This document shows positions 4,492-5,218 of a stretch of DNA of 5,218 nucleotides, one piece after another. The position numbers and the translations under genes were made by a program. Under the pieces are notes generated by a model. The model did no database searches and had not been told where the DNA came from. It worked only from the letters and a program-made list of their open reading frames with translations. Source of the DNA: Candidatus Iainarchaeum sp. (GTDB lineage: Archaea; Iainarchaeota; Iainarchaeia; Iainarchaeales; CSSED10-239); the NCBI GenBank assembly GCA_937968065.1, contig CALBUD010000026.1:1-5218 (forward strand), in the 5' to 3' direction. Position 1 is the stretch's first letter. Each line of letters opens with the position of its first letter.

Positions 4492-5218
4492 ACACTACCA
4501 AAATCCCAGTTAGTAAAAGTATTTTCATCAGGAACAGAAGTTAATTGTAAAGTGGTTTTACCTTCAGCATTACCAAAACTGGTTAGTTGATTTGAAGAAT
4601 CTACATCCCAATAATTATTAGAATCAATATAACAAGTATCAGATCCATCTGAATCTGTAAAACCTAAAAAACCTTTATCTGTTGGGTTGGTCGCACCTTC
4701 AAAAATGACTTCTCCTTTTGAATAATTATAATTTAAAGAACCGCTATTATGATAACCTAGAAAACCACCTATGTTATTTGAATCTCCAGAAAGTCTTGTA
4801 ACAGAACCTAGAGAATAATTGTTTATAACTTCTCCTTCATAAAAATAACCAGAAAAACCACCAACATAATTATTTCCTGAAACAGAACCAGAAGAATAAT
4901 TACTATTTAGTTTACCTTTAATATCTCCTGAAAAACCACCAACATAATTGTTTCCTGAAACATCTCCTGTTGAATAATTAGAATATCGTTTTCCGCTACC
5001 TCTACCTAAAAAACCACCTACATAATCATTTCCTGAAACATCTCCTGTTGAATAATTAGAATATAGTTTTCCGCTACCTCTACCTGAAAAACCACCTACA
5101 TAATTATTTCCAGAAACAATAGAAGAAGAAGAGTTGTTTGAATAAGCCCCTCCTGATAAATATCCTGAAAAACCACCTACATAATTATTTCCAGAAACAA
5201 TAGAAGAAGAAGAGTTGT
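4386..5218 (-). CDS. GLUG-motif, beta-helix adhesin-like protein, upstream module. The 5' end is truncated by the window edge. The frame differs from 3298..4491 and overlaps it by 106 nt.
   Basis: Manual translation with codon 5216..5214 = AAC gives NSSSSIVSGNNYVGGFSGYLSGGAYSNNSSSSIVSGNNYVGGFSGRGSGKLYSNYSTGDVSGNDYVGGFLGRGSGKRYSNYSTGDVSGNNYVGGFSGDIKGKLNSNYSSGSVSGNNYVGGFSGYFYEGEVINNYSLGSVTRLSGDSNNIGGFLGYHNSGSLNYNYSKGEVIFEGATNPTDKGFLGFTDSDGSDTCYIDSNNYWDVDSSNQLTSFGNAEGKTTLQLTSVPDENTFTNWDFGSVWKQDSSINNGYPFFSWQNTSIMVFTPLSVQKKLL, ending at TAG (4388..4386). It has the same turn repeats of about 26 aa and the same closing motif (YWD..S.NQ..S.G...GKTT....TF.NWDF..VW......GYP) as the downstream module. 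The ORF track omits it because the ORF is open at the edge. Confidence 0.85.
   Translation of the reverse strand, partial: NSSSSIVSGNNYVGGFSGYLSGGAYSNNSSSSIVSGNNYVGGFSGRGSGKLYSNYSTGDVSGNDYVGGFLGRGSGKRYSNYSTGDVSGNNYVGGFSGDIKGKLNSNYSSGSVSGNNYVGGFSGYFYEGEVINNYSLGSVTRLSGDSNNIGGFLGYHNSGSLNYNYSKGEVIFEGATNPTDKGFLGFTDSDGSDTCYIDSNNYWDVDSSNQLTSFGNAEGKTTLQLTSVPDENTFTNWDFGSVWKQDSSINNGYPFFSWQNTSIMVFTPLSVQKKLL
4873..5218 (-). repeat. In-frame tandem DNA repeats encoding beta-helix turns, with periods of 78 nt and 81 nt
   Basis: 4951..5028 and 5029..5106 differ at only 3 of 78 positions. A more diverged copy lies at 4873..4950. 5083..5137 and 5164..5218 are an exact 55-nt direct repeat with an 81-nt offset, and this repeat reaches the window edge. 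Confidence 0.9.

Noticed and set aside
4873-5218. Regularly spaced direct repeats that could superficially suggest a CRISPR-like array
   Set aside because: The periods are 78 and 81 nt, both multiples of 3. The whole unit is repeated rather than a repeat alternating with unique spacers. The units translate in frame into GLUG or beta-helix turns within a long ORF.

Overview
The window is very AT-rich and every supported gene lies on the minus strand. Two blocks are present. Block 1 (1..1763) is the archaeal ribosomal stalk operon in the order uL1, then uL10/P0, then P1/aL12. The P1 sequence begins MDYIYAVLLLH and ends EGLGSLFG, which marks the source as an archaeon. The low GC, small proteins and shortened P0 suggest a reduced-genome lineage such as DPANN, but that is inference only. 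Block 2 (1909..5218) is a tightly packed accessory cluster of predicted cell-surface genes. It holds a multi-module GLUG-motif beta-helix adhesin-like protein, read in two overlapping frames with a frame break at about 4386..4491 and cut at its 5' end by the window edge. Three small proteins with N-terminal membrane anchors follow it. Two of them carry 1 and 3 copies of a roughly 34-aa two-cysteine repeat that I do not recognise. The ORF track omits two edge-truncated ORFs (P1 at 1..296 and the upstream GLUG module at 4386..5218), which I recovered by manual translation. The most interesting items are the Cys-repeat paralog pair, the frame break inside the GLUG protein (an in-phase CCCUUUC heptamer sits there), near-identical in-frame tandem repeats at the 5' end of that gene, and a P0 that appears to lack most of its C-terminal spine and its factor-binding tail. 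I saw no RNA genes, CRISPR arrays or mobile elements.
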